DNA from: a virus
Virus record (IMG/VR): IMGVR_UViG_3300027973_000054
Location: 3,189 to 67,188 of that record
Strand: one strand, 5' to 3'
DNA length: 64,000 nt
Every line of letters begins with the position of its first letter. Within the stretch, counting starts at the first letter, position 1. The notes below the pieces were generated by a model, which was not told the DNA's origin, ran no database searches, and saw only the letters and a program-made list of their open reading frames with translations. Positions 49,175 through 57,849 of this stretch are shown here, piece after piece. The position numbers and the translations under genes are program-made.

Positions 49175-51106
49175 TTAAGCTTTACTATGATACAACAATG
49201 AAGCTATGTAATTTGAGACTTGATGTTCAGCCGCAATCTCTTGAATATTGTTGATTTGGTCTTGATTTTGATCAAAGGGTTTTTCTATATATTCTTCGAT
49301 TTTAGCTGTCCAATTTTCTGGAATTTCATTAGCTATAATAATTTCAGATATATTTTCTGCACTTTCTTTTTGTTGATTGCTTAATTTTTTAACATTAAAC
49401 TTTTTCCTAACAGCAGACTTAACTTCTTCTTCTAGATTTTGAGATGCTAAGATGTTATCTTTAATTTTAACAACTGAGAATGAAGCTTTTGCGCCAATTG
49501 GTTTTACGTTTTTTGTCGATTGAGGTATTCCAGTAGAACCAGATGGTCTACCAGCTTGACCAGCTGCACTTCCACCAATAAGTGGTTGATACAAACCTTC
49601 GTCTCTTAATTCTTTGAATTTTCTTTGAGATTGTACAGACTCTTCTTGAGTTGGTAGTCTTCCAGTATCAATTGCAGCTAATCCCTCTTCTGCGGTCAAT
49701 ACTCCTAACTCAACTAGTCTATTATAAATTCTAGAGTATTGAACATCATCTTTAATATCAATATCTTGAAATGTTGGAGTTGGAAAATTTTTAAAACCAA
49801 TATCTTTGCTCATTCTTCTTATTTCTGGAATCAAGAATTCATTGATAAATACTTCTCTAGCTTGCTTTAATCTTTGAACAAATACTTGAACTTTAATACT
49901 TGTATTTGCAAATTTTTCATTACCAATAAGAATATTATTTAATCCAATTTGAATATCGCGATCTACTACTTCATACTTTTGTGGTCCAATTAAATTACCA
50001 ATATCTGGAATAACGAATTGAGCTTTTGTTGTATAATCAGCGATAAGAACTCTTCCAATACTTTGATTTTCAAATAATTGTTGCATCGCTTGAAGATTCT
50101 TTTGATTTACTCCACCTTTATCAGGAGTATCTCCCATAGTAACTAACAAAACTGCTTGTTGCATTGTTCTTGTTACCGCCATATCCATCTTCTTCATTTC
50201 AAGTTTCCAGTTAATATCATCAAGAACAGGAAAACCCATTGGAATAGAAAGTGGCTCGTAATCTTGCTTCTTATAAAATACTGCTGCGAGTTTACTTTTG
50301 TCTAGTGGAACAAGAATATAAGAATTGTTTTTACTTTTAATCTTATCTTTAACATCTTGGGGAAGATTATTATAAACTTCAATATCTTCATCTGTTTTTG
50401 GATCTCTTAGTCTTTCTAATTCGTAATCACTCAACAATTTATAATAAACATTAAAAGCATAATTAACTGTTCCACCAACATAGATATCTGCTGGGTTAAC
50501 AATTGTGTATCTTGCTGGAAGTTTAACTGAACCGTCTTGAGCAATTGATTTTAATTTAGAACCAAAAGTTTGTGTTATTTTTAAAAGTTGTTCGCTAGTT
50601 AAAGATGTGTCAAATCTATAAGTGAATACGTTTCCGCTTCTGTAGTACTCTCTAAAGAATTGATCTTGGAAGCTTGATAGATTGATTTTCTTAAAATATG
50701 CTTCAAAAAATTCTCTTGATTTTTGGCTTCCACCAGTTAAGTAAATTGGACTATCAGAAAATTCTGTCATTAAATCGATTGTGTTTCTGAAAATAGCTAC
50801 ATTATAATAAGCTTTTTGACACAAAATAATAGCATCTCTAACATCTAAAGTAGAGAGATTTTTAACATAATTAGAATATCTAAAAGGAATAATACCTGTA
50901 TCAATATTAGTAAATCTACTAGTTCTTTCTATATCTGCTGCAGCATTTCTACGCATGCCAGTCGAAGCCCTAATCTCTGCTATTTTTGCTCTTTTCTTGT
51001 CTGATACATCAGTTCCATATACCATAAGTGGCGTTACTTGATCTTGTGGTAGTGGAAATTCTACTGAGGCTTTGGTTTCTTCAATTTTTTTAGTTTTTTT
51101 GCTCAT
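49175..51106 (-). CDS. Portal protein
   Basis: 643 aa after terminase; AYYNVAIFRNTIDLMTEF, FFREYYRSGNVF, helical C-terminal region. Confidence 0.8.
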   Translation of the reverse strand: MSKKTKKIEETKASVEFPLPQDQVTPLMVYGTDVSDKKRAKIAEIRASTGMRRNAAADIERTSRFTNIDTGIIPFRYSNYVKNLSTLDVRDAIILCQKAYYNVAIFRNTIDLMTEFSDSPIYLTGGSQKSREFFEAYFKKINLSSFQDQFFREYYRSGNVFTYRFDTSLTSEQLLKITQTFGSKLKSIAQDGSVKLPARYTIVNPADIYVGGTVNYAFNVYYKLLSDYELERLRDPKTDEDIEVYNNLPQDVKDKIKSKNNSYILVPLDKSKLAAVFYKKQDYEPLSIPMGFPVLDDINWKLEMKKMDMAVTRTMQQAVLLVTMGDTPDKGGVNQKNLQAMQQLFENQSIGRVLIADYTTKAQFVIPDIGNLIGPQKYEVVDRDIQIGLNNILIGNEKFANTSIKVQVFVQRLKQAREVFINEFLIPEIRRMSKDIGFKNFPTPTFQDIDIKDDVQYSRIYNRLVELGVLTAEEGLAAIDTGRLPTQEESVQSQRKFKELRDEGLYQPLIGGSAAGQAGRPSGSTGIPQSTKNVKPIGAKASFSVVKIKDNILASQNLEEEVKSAVRKKFNVKKLSNQQKESAENISEIIIANEIPENWTAKIEEYIEKPFDQNQDQINNIQEIAAEHQVSNYIASLLYHSKA

Positions 51107-51118
51107 ATATTGTTAAAT

Positions 51119-51125
51119 ATTACAC
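51119..51125 (-). promoter_or_regulatory. GTGTAAT putative late promoter (portal)
   Basis: Immediately after terminase TAA, 12 nt before ATG. Confidence 0.7.
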
Positions 51126-52970
51126 TTATTTTATCATTATTGGGGTGAAAGTCTGAGATATGTCTTCTTTTGGAGCGTTCATTATATCATAATAACACTT
51201 TAAACCCCAATTTCCTAATAAAAGTGCAGAATAATTATCTTTTCTAGCTTTATTACATGAGCTACTTCTTTTCAAGTGTTGGGGTAAATCGAAGGATTGA
51301 GTGCCTCTAGCTGTAGATGAGTGTTCTACTAGAGTGCATTGTTTTTTGGTTTGATAAATAAAATCGTCTTGATTTTCGATAAAGTCTAAAGTAGACCAGT
51401 CTTTCTTTTCTTCTGTTTTCATTAACTCTAATGGGATACTTTGGCCGAATACAGTTTCAAAGAAATTATCATTAGCGCAAGTTTTACTAGCAAACCATAT
51501 TTTCTTATAATCAATAGAAGCTTGTAAGTGTTCATTAGCTTTACGAATAAAGTTGCTTGTAAAGACTTGATTGAAAGCTATCTTCTTTGATTCTAAATTA
51601 TAAATATTTCTAACTTTACGAACTTCTTGTTCATAATCTACGCCCTCTAAATCAGAATTAAATTCAAAAGTATTGATTACTAGATTATTAGTTTTAAATA
51701 GTTCAGATTGATTACAAGCAGAAAGGAATATGTCCGCTCCAGCATTATCCAAAATCATAAATACAATATTAAAATTAGTCATAAGATAATAAAAGTAATT
51801 AACGTGATTTTTTAAATTTCCTAATCCAGCGTAAGTGTGAACTAATGTACCCGTTTTTGTTTCTTCATCAATCTCCATTACTGCCATAGCAAAATAATCT
51901 GCATTAGGACTATCACTCATATTAGGATCAATACCAAGAATATATTTTTTTCCAGAAGTTCCTTTCATTAAGGTATGAGGAGCTTGACCGTTTGGAATAG
52001 TGCAATCTTCCATCTTTTTTGCGCTAAAATAACTATCGCTACCATCAATAAATCTTGCGCAATATTCTCTCAAAAAGCTGCTATGACTTGATCCTCCATT
52101 TTGAGCTTCTTCAATAATGGTTTTATCAATCATCTCTAATGGCAAAGCTTCATAACTTAGTTGAGATACAAAATAAGATGCTTCTGTGTTTTCTTTTGAA
52201 TATATTTTTTCTATCCATTCATTATATGTTTTATAAAGATTTTCAAATGTATAGCTTGCAGAAGAAAGAGCTATCATTTTACTATTATTTTCAAAAACCA
52301 TTCTATCTTCTTCTTTCATTGCTCCTTCTCTAATTAAAGTGTCTTCCATTTCTCTAATTTCCATTCGTTCTTTCATATTCTGTGGTGCAACTAAGAATGG
52401 CATCAATACGGTTTTAACAATATCTTCTGATAGTAAAAGAAACTCGTCAAGCACTAATACGTTAGCGCGAAATCCTCGAATCTTTTCTCCGCTTAGGGGA
52501 ATAGCTACAATGCTTCCACCATTAATCGACCATTCATATTGATCGTTTCTTTTACTTTTTGAACCAAAAGCTTGTTGAAGAAGTTCTGCGCCTTTGCTAT
52601 TTACGATCTTCTCTAGATTATTAAATATGAATCTAGCTGTTCTGAAGGTTGGTCCTGCAATTAGAATTTTAGTATTAGGTTCGAAAACGCATTGAAGAAA
52701 ACAAAATACACTTGCTATAAAACTTTTACCACAGCCTCGACCAAATACGCACATACTAAAGTTTCTGTTTAATAAACCTTTAAGATGAATCTCTTGGTAT
52801 GGCGCTAACTTAATTCCACTTATAAGTTCGGTAGTAAAACCTAAATTAGCTCTTAAAAATTTAGCAAGAGAAATTTTAGCGTCTTTATCATTAAGAATCC
52901 CTTTTAGATTCATTAATTCTGTATTAATATCTGGATAATTTTTTTTATATTTATCTGGAGAATATATCAT
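51126..52970 (-). CDS. terL: Terminase large subunit
   Basis: LAPYQ, Walker A GRGCGKS, Walker B VLVLDE, FLREYCARF, nuclease LGIDP and KDNYSA. Confidence 0.92.
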   Translation of the reverse strand: MIYSPDKYKKNYPDINTELMNLKGILNDKDAKISLAKFLRANLGFTTELISGIKLAPYQEIHLKGLLNRNFSMCVFGRGCGKSFIASVFCFLQCVFEPNTKILIAGPTFRTARFIFNNLEKIVNSKGAELLQQAFGSKSKRNDQYEWSINGGSIVAIPLSGEKIRGFRANVLVLDEFLLLSEDIVKTVLMPFLVAPQNMKERMEIREMEDTLIREGAMKEEDRMVFENNSKMIALSSASYTFENLYKTYNEWIEKIYSKENTEASYFVSQLSYEALPLEMIDKTIIEEAQNGGSSHSSFLREYCARFIDGSDSYFSAKKMEDCTIPNGQAPHTLMKGTSGKKYILGIDPNMSDSPNADYFAMAVMEIDEETKTGTLVHTYAGLGNLKNHVNYFYYLMTNFNIVFMILDNAGADIFLSACNQSELFKTNNLVINTFEFNSDLEGVDYEQEVRKVRNIYNLESKKIAFNQVFTSNFIRKANEHLQASIDYKKIWFASKTCANDNFFETVFGQSIPLELMKTEEKKDWSTLDFIENQDDFIYQTKKQCTLVEHSSTARGTQSFDLPQHLKRSSSCNKARKDNYSALLLGNWGLKCYYDIMNAPKEDISQTFTPIMIK

Positions 52971-53902
52971 AATAGTTTTAGATCATAAGCTAATTGAAGG
53001 TCTATTTGTCTGTAAAAACAATTTGATGTAAAAATAGACTCAATTACCTTTGTCATCTCTCCTCTTCCATCTACAAAAAGAAATTGTAGATTATCATAAT
53101 TTTGCAGTAATTCTCTAACATTATGAAATATATATTCTGGAGTTGCTTTTATCTTTTTACTAATATGCGGAAGATATTGAAAGCTTAGTGCGTTAGATAG
53201 TTTTTCTTCAACTACAACAATCAAATATGCTCCACTTTTCTTTGCTCGATCTATTTCATTTTTAAATCTATCAAAGTTTTTAATGCTCAATGTGCTGATG
53301 AAATCGCTCAAGCTTTTTCTTTCTATAAAACATTTGCAATTATCGTTACTGCAAGAGTAGTCTCCAAATGGTAAGGTCTTGATCTCAAATTTTGTGTCAA
53401 ATTTCAACCAGCTTTGCTCTCTTGTATCAACATATATAATTGATTTTTTATTTAATTTGTTTTTAAATTGATCTGTTATATTATTTGGATGAATGAATCT
53501 ATTTTCTAGTCCTAAAGTTGAGCAAACATCATAATAATCATCAAATATTTTATTGTAAAAAAGTATAGATGGCGCCATAATTGTTCTTAACTCTACTTGA
53601 GAAGGACTATAGGTTAAATTTTTGTCATATTTTCTTTTAGATAATAGTTGCTTACAATATTCTTGAGCTTTTTCGATTGGCTGTTGCTTTAGCCATTTTT
53701 TCATATTATTCTTATCGTTAAAATCGCTATTTAAGTATTGCTCTTTAGTCTTAAAATTAATAAGTTCATTTGTTAATAAGTCTCGTCTTTCAAAATATGT
53801 TTGATAATATTTAACTTTATTAAAACCATAGCCCTTGAGCGACATATGCAATGCCTTCTCACTTGGAAACTCTTTTCCATCTATTTTGCATATAACTGAC
53901 AT
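52967..53902 (-). CDS. ERCC4/XPF-family nuclease with N-terminal Zn-finger-like segment
   Basis: IYVDTREQ, LPFGDY, IERKSLSDF, LIVVVE. Confidence 0.8.
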   Translation of the reverse strand: MSVICKIDGKEFPSEKALHMSLKGYGFNKVKYYQTYFERRDLLTNELINFKTKEQYLNSDFNDKNNMKKWLKQQPIEKAQEYCKQLLSKRKYDKNLTYSPSQVELRTIMAPSILFYNKIFDDYYDVCSTLGLENRFIHPNNITDQFKNKLNKKSIIYVDTREQSWLKFDTKFEIKTLPFGDYSCSNDNCKCFIERKSLSDFISTLSIKNFDRFKNEIDRAKKSGAYLIVVVEEKLSNALSFQYLPHISKKIKATPEYIFHNVRELLQNYDNLQFLFVDGRGEMTKVIESIFTSNCFYRQIDLQLAYDLKLL

Positions 53903-53906
53903 AAAA

Positions 53907-55001
53907 TTATCCGTTTAAAATATCGTCTTCTGATATTCCAAGTATTCTAGCTTTTAATTCGTCCATTGTACCAAGGCGTTCTATTTCCTTTTTGATACTA
54001 TTCTTTCTGAGTTCTGCTATTTTTAATAGTTTTTGTCTTGACTCTTCCTGCTTCCACATTTCAACAAGATTTAAGATGCTCGCATTTTCTTTAACTTGCT
54101 TGCTAAGTCTTTCGCTTCTTTTAACTTTGAGATCTTGTAGCAATTTTTGTTGACGATTAACGCAATCATTATACTCTTTTCTTGCCGTGCTGCTAGCTTC
54201 TACTACTGCCATTGGAATTTTACCATCTTCTTGAGTTGCTATATCTATTTGATCTTGTAATGCTGTAATTGTTTGTTGAATACTAGATGATATTACGACT
54301 TCTGTAGCTAACACGATATATTGATCTACTTCTTCTTGAGTTAAATCACTTTTATCGTAAGTATATCTAACGAAACTGCTTTCGAAAAGATCTCTATCAT
54401 TTTCATCGCTATAAAGATTAATTTGATGAGTAAATCTATAAGTATTCATATAGCCAATCAAAGAATTTACTTCTTTCTTTTGTCTTGGGGTAATTTTTTC
54501 TTTGTCAATTCCATCTAATATATACTTATTAATTTTAACAATCATTCTCTCTTCGCTTCGTGGAGCTTTATAAACTTCTGTAGCAGCATTTTCATTTACA
54601 TCATTAAGATATTTAATATTGCTAGGTATAGTTTTCATGTAATCAAGAACGCTTCTTGTTTCTTGGCAAAGATTTGTTAATGATTCATTTTTAAATAAAA
54701 TTTTAGCTATCTCAAGTCCTGTCATTGTAGCACAATTATTGCTGATGTATTCTTTTTGATCTTCTGTTAATTCTATAAGACCTTTAGCTTGATATTCATG
54801 ACTCTTTCGTGGTTTAATTTGTCTTGCTGCAAGAAATTGTTTTACAGCTTTGCCTTCTTTACTTCTGCCGTCAAGATCATCTCTGCCAAAAGCCAATTTA
54901 ACTAATTCAGTTAATGAAGGTGGATTATCTGCTCGATTATTCCATTCGTTTAATAGATTTAATTGCTGTTCTTCTGTAAGTTCTGGTAAATTTTCACTCA
55001 T
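53907..55001 (-). CDS. Hypothetical protein (possible terminase small subunit)
   Basis: HTH-like N-terminus and coiled-coil C-terminus, upstream of terL. Confidence 0.4.
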   Translation of the reverse strand: MSENLPELTEEQQLNLLNEWNNRADNPPSLTELVKLAFGRDDLDGRSKEGKAVKQFLAARQIKPRKSHEYQAKGLIELTEDQKEYISNNCATMTGLEIAKILFKNESLTNLCQETRSVLDYMKTIPSNIKYLNDVNENAATEVYKAPRSEERMIVKINKYILDGIDKEKITPRQKKEVNSLIGYMNTYRFTHQINLYSDENDRDLFESSFVRYTYDKSDLTQEEVDQYIVLATEVVISSSIQQTITALQDQIDIATQEDGKIPMAVVEASSTARKEYNDCVNRQQKLLQDLKVKRSERLSKQVKENASILNLVEMWKQEESRQKLLKIAELRKNSIKKEIERLGTMDELKARILGISEDDILNG

Positions 55002-55002
55002 A

Positions 55003-55686
55003 TTAATGAATATCTATGTCTCCATTATATAAATATTTCTTAACCTTAATCATAATGGATTTTTTAAGATTTTTAACTTGTTTATAACCAATCTTTCTAT
55101 TCTTTTCTGTAGTCTTATATCCCATTAATTTTGCTGACTCTTCTTCAGACTTATGTTTGATATAATATAATTCATAAAATTTCCATTCAACTGGCTTGAG
55201 TACTTGTTGCATTTTTGCATGAATATTTTTTGCAGTTTTTTCAATATCAATCTCATCTTCGATAATATTGTGAACTTCTTGAGTATGATTTTCTAATGCT
55301 ACTGGTAATTTTATATCGTGCGCTGATTTTTTACTCTTTTCCCACTTTGCGTATAATGGACATTTACCACATTGAGATGCATAAATTGTGCAACCGTCTT
55401 CTTGTTCTGCTGCTGCGCATCTTAAACATGGTCTAGAATAATTTCCGTAATTATTTCTTATTAAATTTTTAATTTGATTGCTTACGATACGATTAACCCA
55501 TGGAGCTAGTGGTTTTTTTGGGTCATATAGATTCCATTTTTTATAAATATGTATTCTTAATATTTGGGAAACATCACTAAAATCCATCCAAGCTAAAGTT
55601 GTTAAATTCCACTTATGTCTTCTTTTATTAATCTCTTGGTTTATCTCCGAAATTTTATCTTCGAAGCTTAATTTAGAAGACTTCAT
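55003..55686 (-). CDS. ECF-like sigma70-family factor with Cys-rich insertion
   Basis: Region 2 (DFSDVSQ..RIHIYKKW..YDPKKPLAPWVNRIVSNQIKNLIR) and region 4 (LKPVEWKFYELYY..HKSEEESAKLMGY). Confidence 0.8.
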   Translation of the reverse strand: MKSSKLSFEDKISEINQEINKRRHKWNLTTLAWMDFSDVSQILRIHIYKKWNLYDPKKPLAPWVNRIVSNQIKNLIRNNYGNYSRPCLRCAAAEQEDGCTIYASQCGKCPLYAKWEKSKKSAHDIKLPVALENHTQEVHNIIEDEIDIEKTAKNIHAKMQQVLKPVEWKFYELYYIKHKSEEESAKLMGYKTTEKNRKIGYKQVKNLKKSIMIKVKKYLYNGDIDIH

Positions 55687-56099
55687 TGAGAATTTTTTGA
55701 TCTTTTAATTGTTCCTGCTTCTTTTGCAAAATCTTCTAATATTTGTTTCTTAGAATTTTTTTTACCTTTAATTTTTTCTCTAGGCTTTTTCTCTCCTGGA
55801 GAGCTTGTGCCTAAAAGTTCTCCAAGTTTTATTCCTTTAGCTTTTGGGTTATTATCTGACTCTACATCTATTTGAATTTGAGAAATATTTGGAACATTAA
55901 CATCATCTATTTCATTATCAATTTCATAATCTAGATTATTAGCTACTACTGGATTAATAGTTCTTTTTTCTGGAATTGGTTTAGGGCTTACTTTATTAAT
56001 TTGAACTTTATCGAAAGAATTACCGCAATTTGAACAAAAAATTGGTTTTTTAACCGAATATTCTGTGGCAGAGCCGCAAGAAGTACAATATCTTTTCAT
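55683..56099 (-). CDS. Zinc-ribbon protein
   Basis: YCTSCG...KPIFCSNCG; ATGA-coupled to sigma gene. Confidence 0.7.
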   Translation of the reverse strand: MKRYCTSCGSATEYSVKKPIFCSNCGNSFDKVQINKVSPKPIPEKRTINPVVANNLDYEIDNEIDDVNVPNISQIQIDVESDNNPKAKGIKLGELLGTSSPGEKKPREKIKGKKNSKKQILEDFAKEAGTIKRSKNSQ

Positions 56100-56106
56100 T
56101 AACAGT

Positions 56107-56135
56107 ATTATACCATTAATTTTGAATTTAATCTA
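56107..56135 (-). promoter_or_regulatory. Sigma70-type promoter with extended -10 (TAGATT-N17-TATAAT, TGgTATAAT)
   Basis: Perfect TGnTATAAT 7 nt before ATG 56099. Confidence 0.65.
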
Positions 56136-56799
56136 AATAAATTAAATTTGCTTTGCCCTTCTTATCTATTACAACATAACTCGCTTTTTCTTCACAAAAA
56201 CTTCCAGTATTAATATATTCAAATTTATCATATTCATGCTCAGGTTTATGGCTATGACCACAAATAATTGAATCCTTGTTATTAAATTCGCAGTATTTAA
56301 TAGCATTTTCTTTTATATTAGAAGTTTTTTCTCCTAATGATTCTGTTTTCTTTCTTAATAATTTAAAGAAATTATCAGCAAATGGAGTATAGTGTCTAAT
56401 AATATAATATAATTTAATTATAAATTCTGTGATACTTTTGTATTTACTAAAATATATATCAAATATATCACCATGAACTGCTATAAATTTCTTATCTTTT
56501 ATATCAAACTCATACTCATCTCTACAATCAAAACCAAGAAGAATACTCATAAATTCTGCTTTAAGGAAACAGTGATTACCAATTAAATATATAATTTTGC
56601 TTTTTTTGCTTAATTTTCTTAATTTGGATAATACTTTCCAATGATTTTTATTGAGTCTATTTAAGTTGTGATGATCAAATAAGTCGCCAACAATTAATAT
56701 TGTTTTTGCTTTTTCTTTTTTTAAGACTTTTAGTAATTGAGTGGCTTGACAATCTTTATCGCCAAGGTGAATATCTGAAATCGCTAATACTTCGTGCAT
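56128..56799 (-). CDS. Calcineurin-like metallophosphoesterase (LpxH-like)
   Basis: SDIHLG, GDLFD, GNH, HGD, CGHSH, NTGS. Confidence 0.85.
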   Translation of the reverse strand: MHEVLAISDIHLGDKDCQATQLLKVLKKEKAKTILIVGDLFDHHNLNRLNKNHWKVLSKLRKLSKKSKIIYLIGNHCFLKAEFMSILLGFDCRDEYEFDIKDKKFIAVHGDIFDIYFSKYKSITEFIIKLYYIIRHYTPFADNFFKLLRKKTESLGEKTSNIKENAIKYCEFNNKDSIICGHSHKPEHEYDKFEYINTGSFCEEKASYVVIDKKGKANLIYLD

Positions 56800-56808
56800 C
56801 CTAATATC

Positions 56809-57111
56809 TTAGGACAGTTTATGTTCTTTTCTAGTCTTTTCTGGAATTGCGTCAACAAAATCTTGGCCCTTGCTGCTTGCTTTTTTATACAATTTTTTAA
56901 TAAAAGCATCATAACTCATATTTCCACCCATACGACCAAAATTACTAATAGCATCTCTTACGTCTTGTGGGCTAACTATTGGAAAACTACGACTTTCTGG
57001 AAATAAGAAGTCGCTATCTTTTAGTGAACTTCTTTTTTTACCTTTATAGGTTTTTTGATAAGCTTCTGTTTCTGTGATATCAAATTCAAGATAATGGATT
57101 TTTTTTCTCAT
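56809..57111 (-). CDS. DUF6582-like small protein
   Basis: RSSLKDSDFLFPESRSFPI..PQDVRDAISNFGR. Confidence 0.5.
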   Translation of the reverse strand: MRKKIHYLEFDITETEAYQKTYKGKKRSSLKDSDFLFPESRSFPIVSPQDVRDAISNFGRMGGNMSYDAFIKKLYKKASSKGQDFVDAIPEKTRKEHKLS

Positions 57112-57115
57112 AATT

Positions 57116-57730
57116 TTATACCAATGTTAGTAGATATTTTAGTTGATTAAGTGAGCCAAGGATTTCATCTCTAATATTTAATAGATCTGAATCTTGAATT
57201 TTATCTAGTACATTACTTAATCCAATTAAAAATTCAATATAATTATTTGTTAGAGCAACAAAATCTGTATCCTTGTAATTAGCAAGATTAATATTAAATG
57301 TTCCAGCAGCAATTACCCTGCCATATTTGCCCATATATGTTTCAATAAATTCATCAATATTTTCTGATAAACTACTTACAATTTTATCAAATGATTCATG
57401 TTGTGAAAATGACATTGTTTGCCAATGTAAAATTTTATATTGATTTTGCATTTGCATCAAGGTTGTTTGAATAACTTCACCTTTACCGTCAAGTTCTGCT
57501 TTTGCTTCGGTCTTAACTTCTTCTGCTTTGTTTAAGTTTTTGATATCTTCGGTCATGTCTATTTCAATTTCGTTTGCTTTAGCTTTTTTCTTTGGGTTGC
57601 TATAGGTATTTAAGCAAATTGCGACTTGTTGTTTATTTGGCATTTTAGGATTATCTTTATTGATTTTATGCATGCAACGATTCATGTAGTCGTTTTGTTT
57701 TTCGTTATCTTTAGGTTGAATTATAGGCAT
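57116..57730 (-). CDS. Ferritin/Dps-like four-helix protein (DUF5856-like) with N-terminal extension
   Basis: ILHWQT.SFSQH...IDEFIETYMGKYGR...LLNIRDEI.....QLKYLLTL. Confidence 0.7.
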   Translation of the reverse strand: MPIIQPKDNEKQNDYMNRCMHKINKDNPKMPNKQQVAICLNTYSNPKKKAKANEIEIDMTEDIKNLNKAEEVKTEAKAELDGKGEVIQTTLMQMQNQYKILHWQTMSFSQHESFDKIVSSLSENIDEFIETYMGKYGRVIAAGTFNINLANYKDTDFVALTNNYIEFLIGLSNVLDKIQDSDLLNIRDEILGSLNQLKYLLTLV

Positions 57731-57737
57731 ATATGCT

Positions 57738-57764
57738 ATTACACATATTTTAATCTAGTGTAAG
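57738..57764. promoter_or_regulatory. Back-to-back GTGTAAT (-) and GTGTAAG (+) motifs
   Basis: Each lies exactly 7 nt before an ATG (57730 minus, 57772 plus). Confidence 0.65.
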
Positions 57765-57771
57765 AAACAAT

Positions 57772-57846
57772 ATGACATTTTCTACTACTTTAATTTGCTT
57801 TGCTATATTAGTTTATATATATTATTTAGTAGAGAGAGTTAAGTAA
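57772..57846 (+). CDS. 24-aa hydrophobic membrane peptide (not in ORF track)
   Basis: MTFSTTLICFAILVYIYYLVERVK; fills the intergenic gap; promoter motif 7 nt upstream. Confidence 0.45.
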   Translation: MTFSTTLICFAILVYIYYLVERVK

Positions 57847-57849
57847 AAA

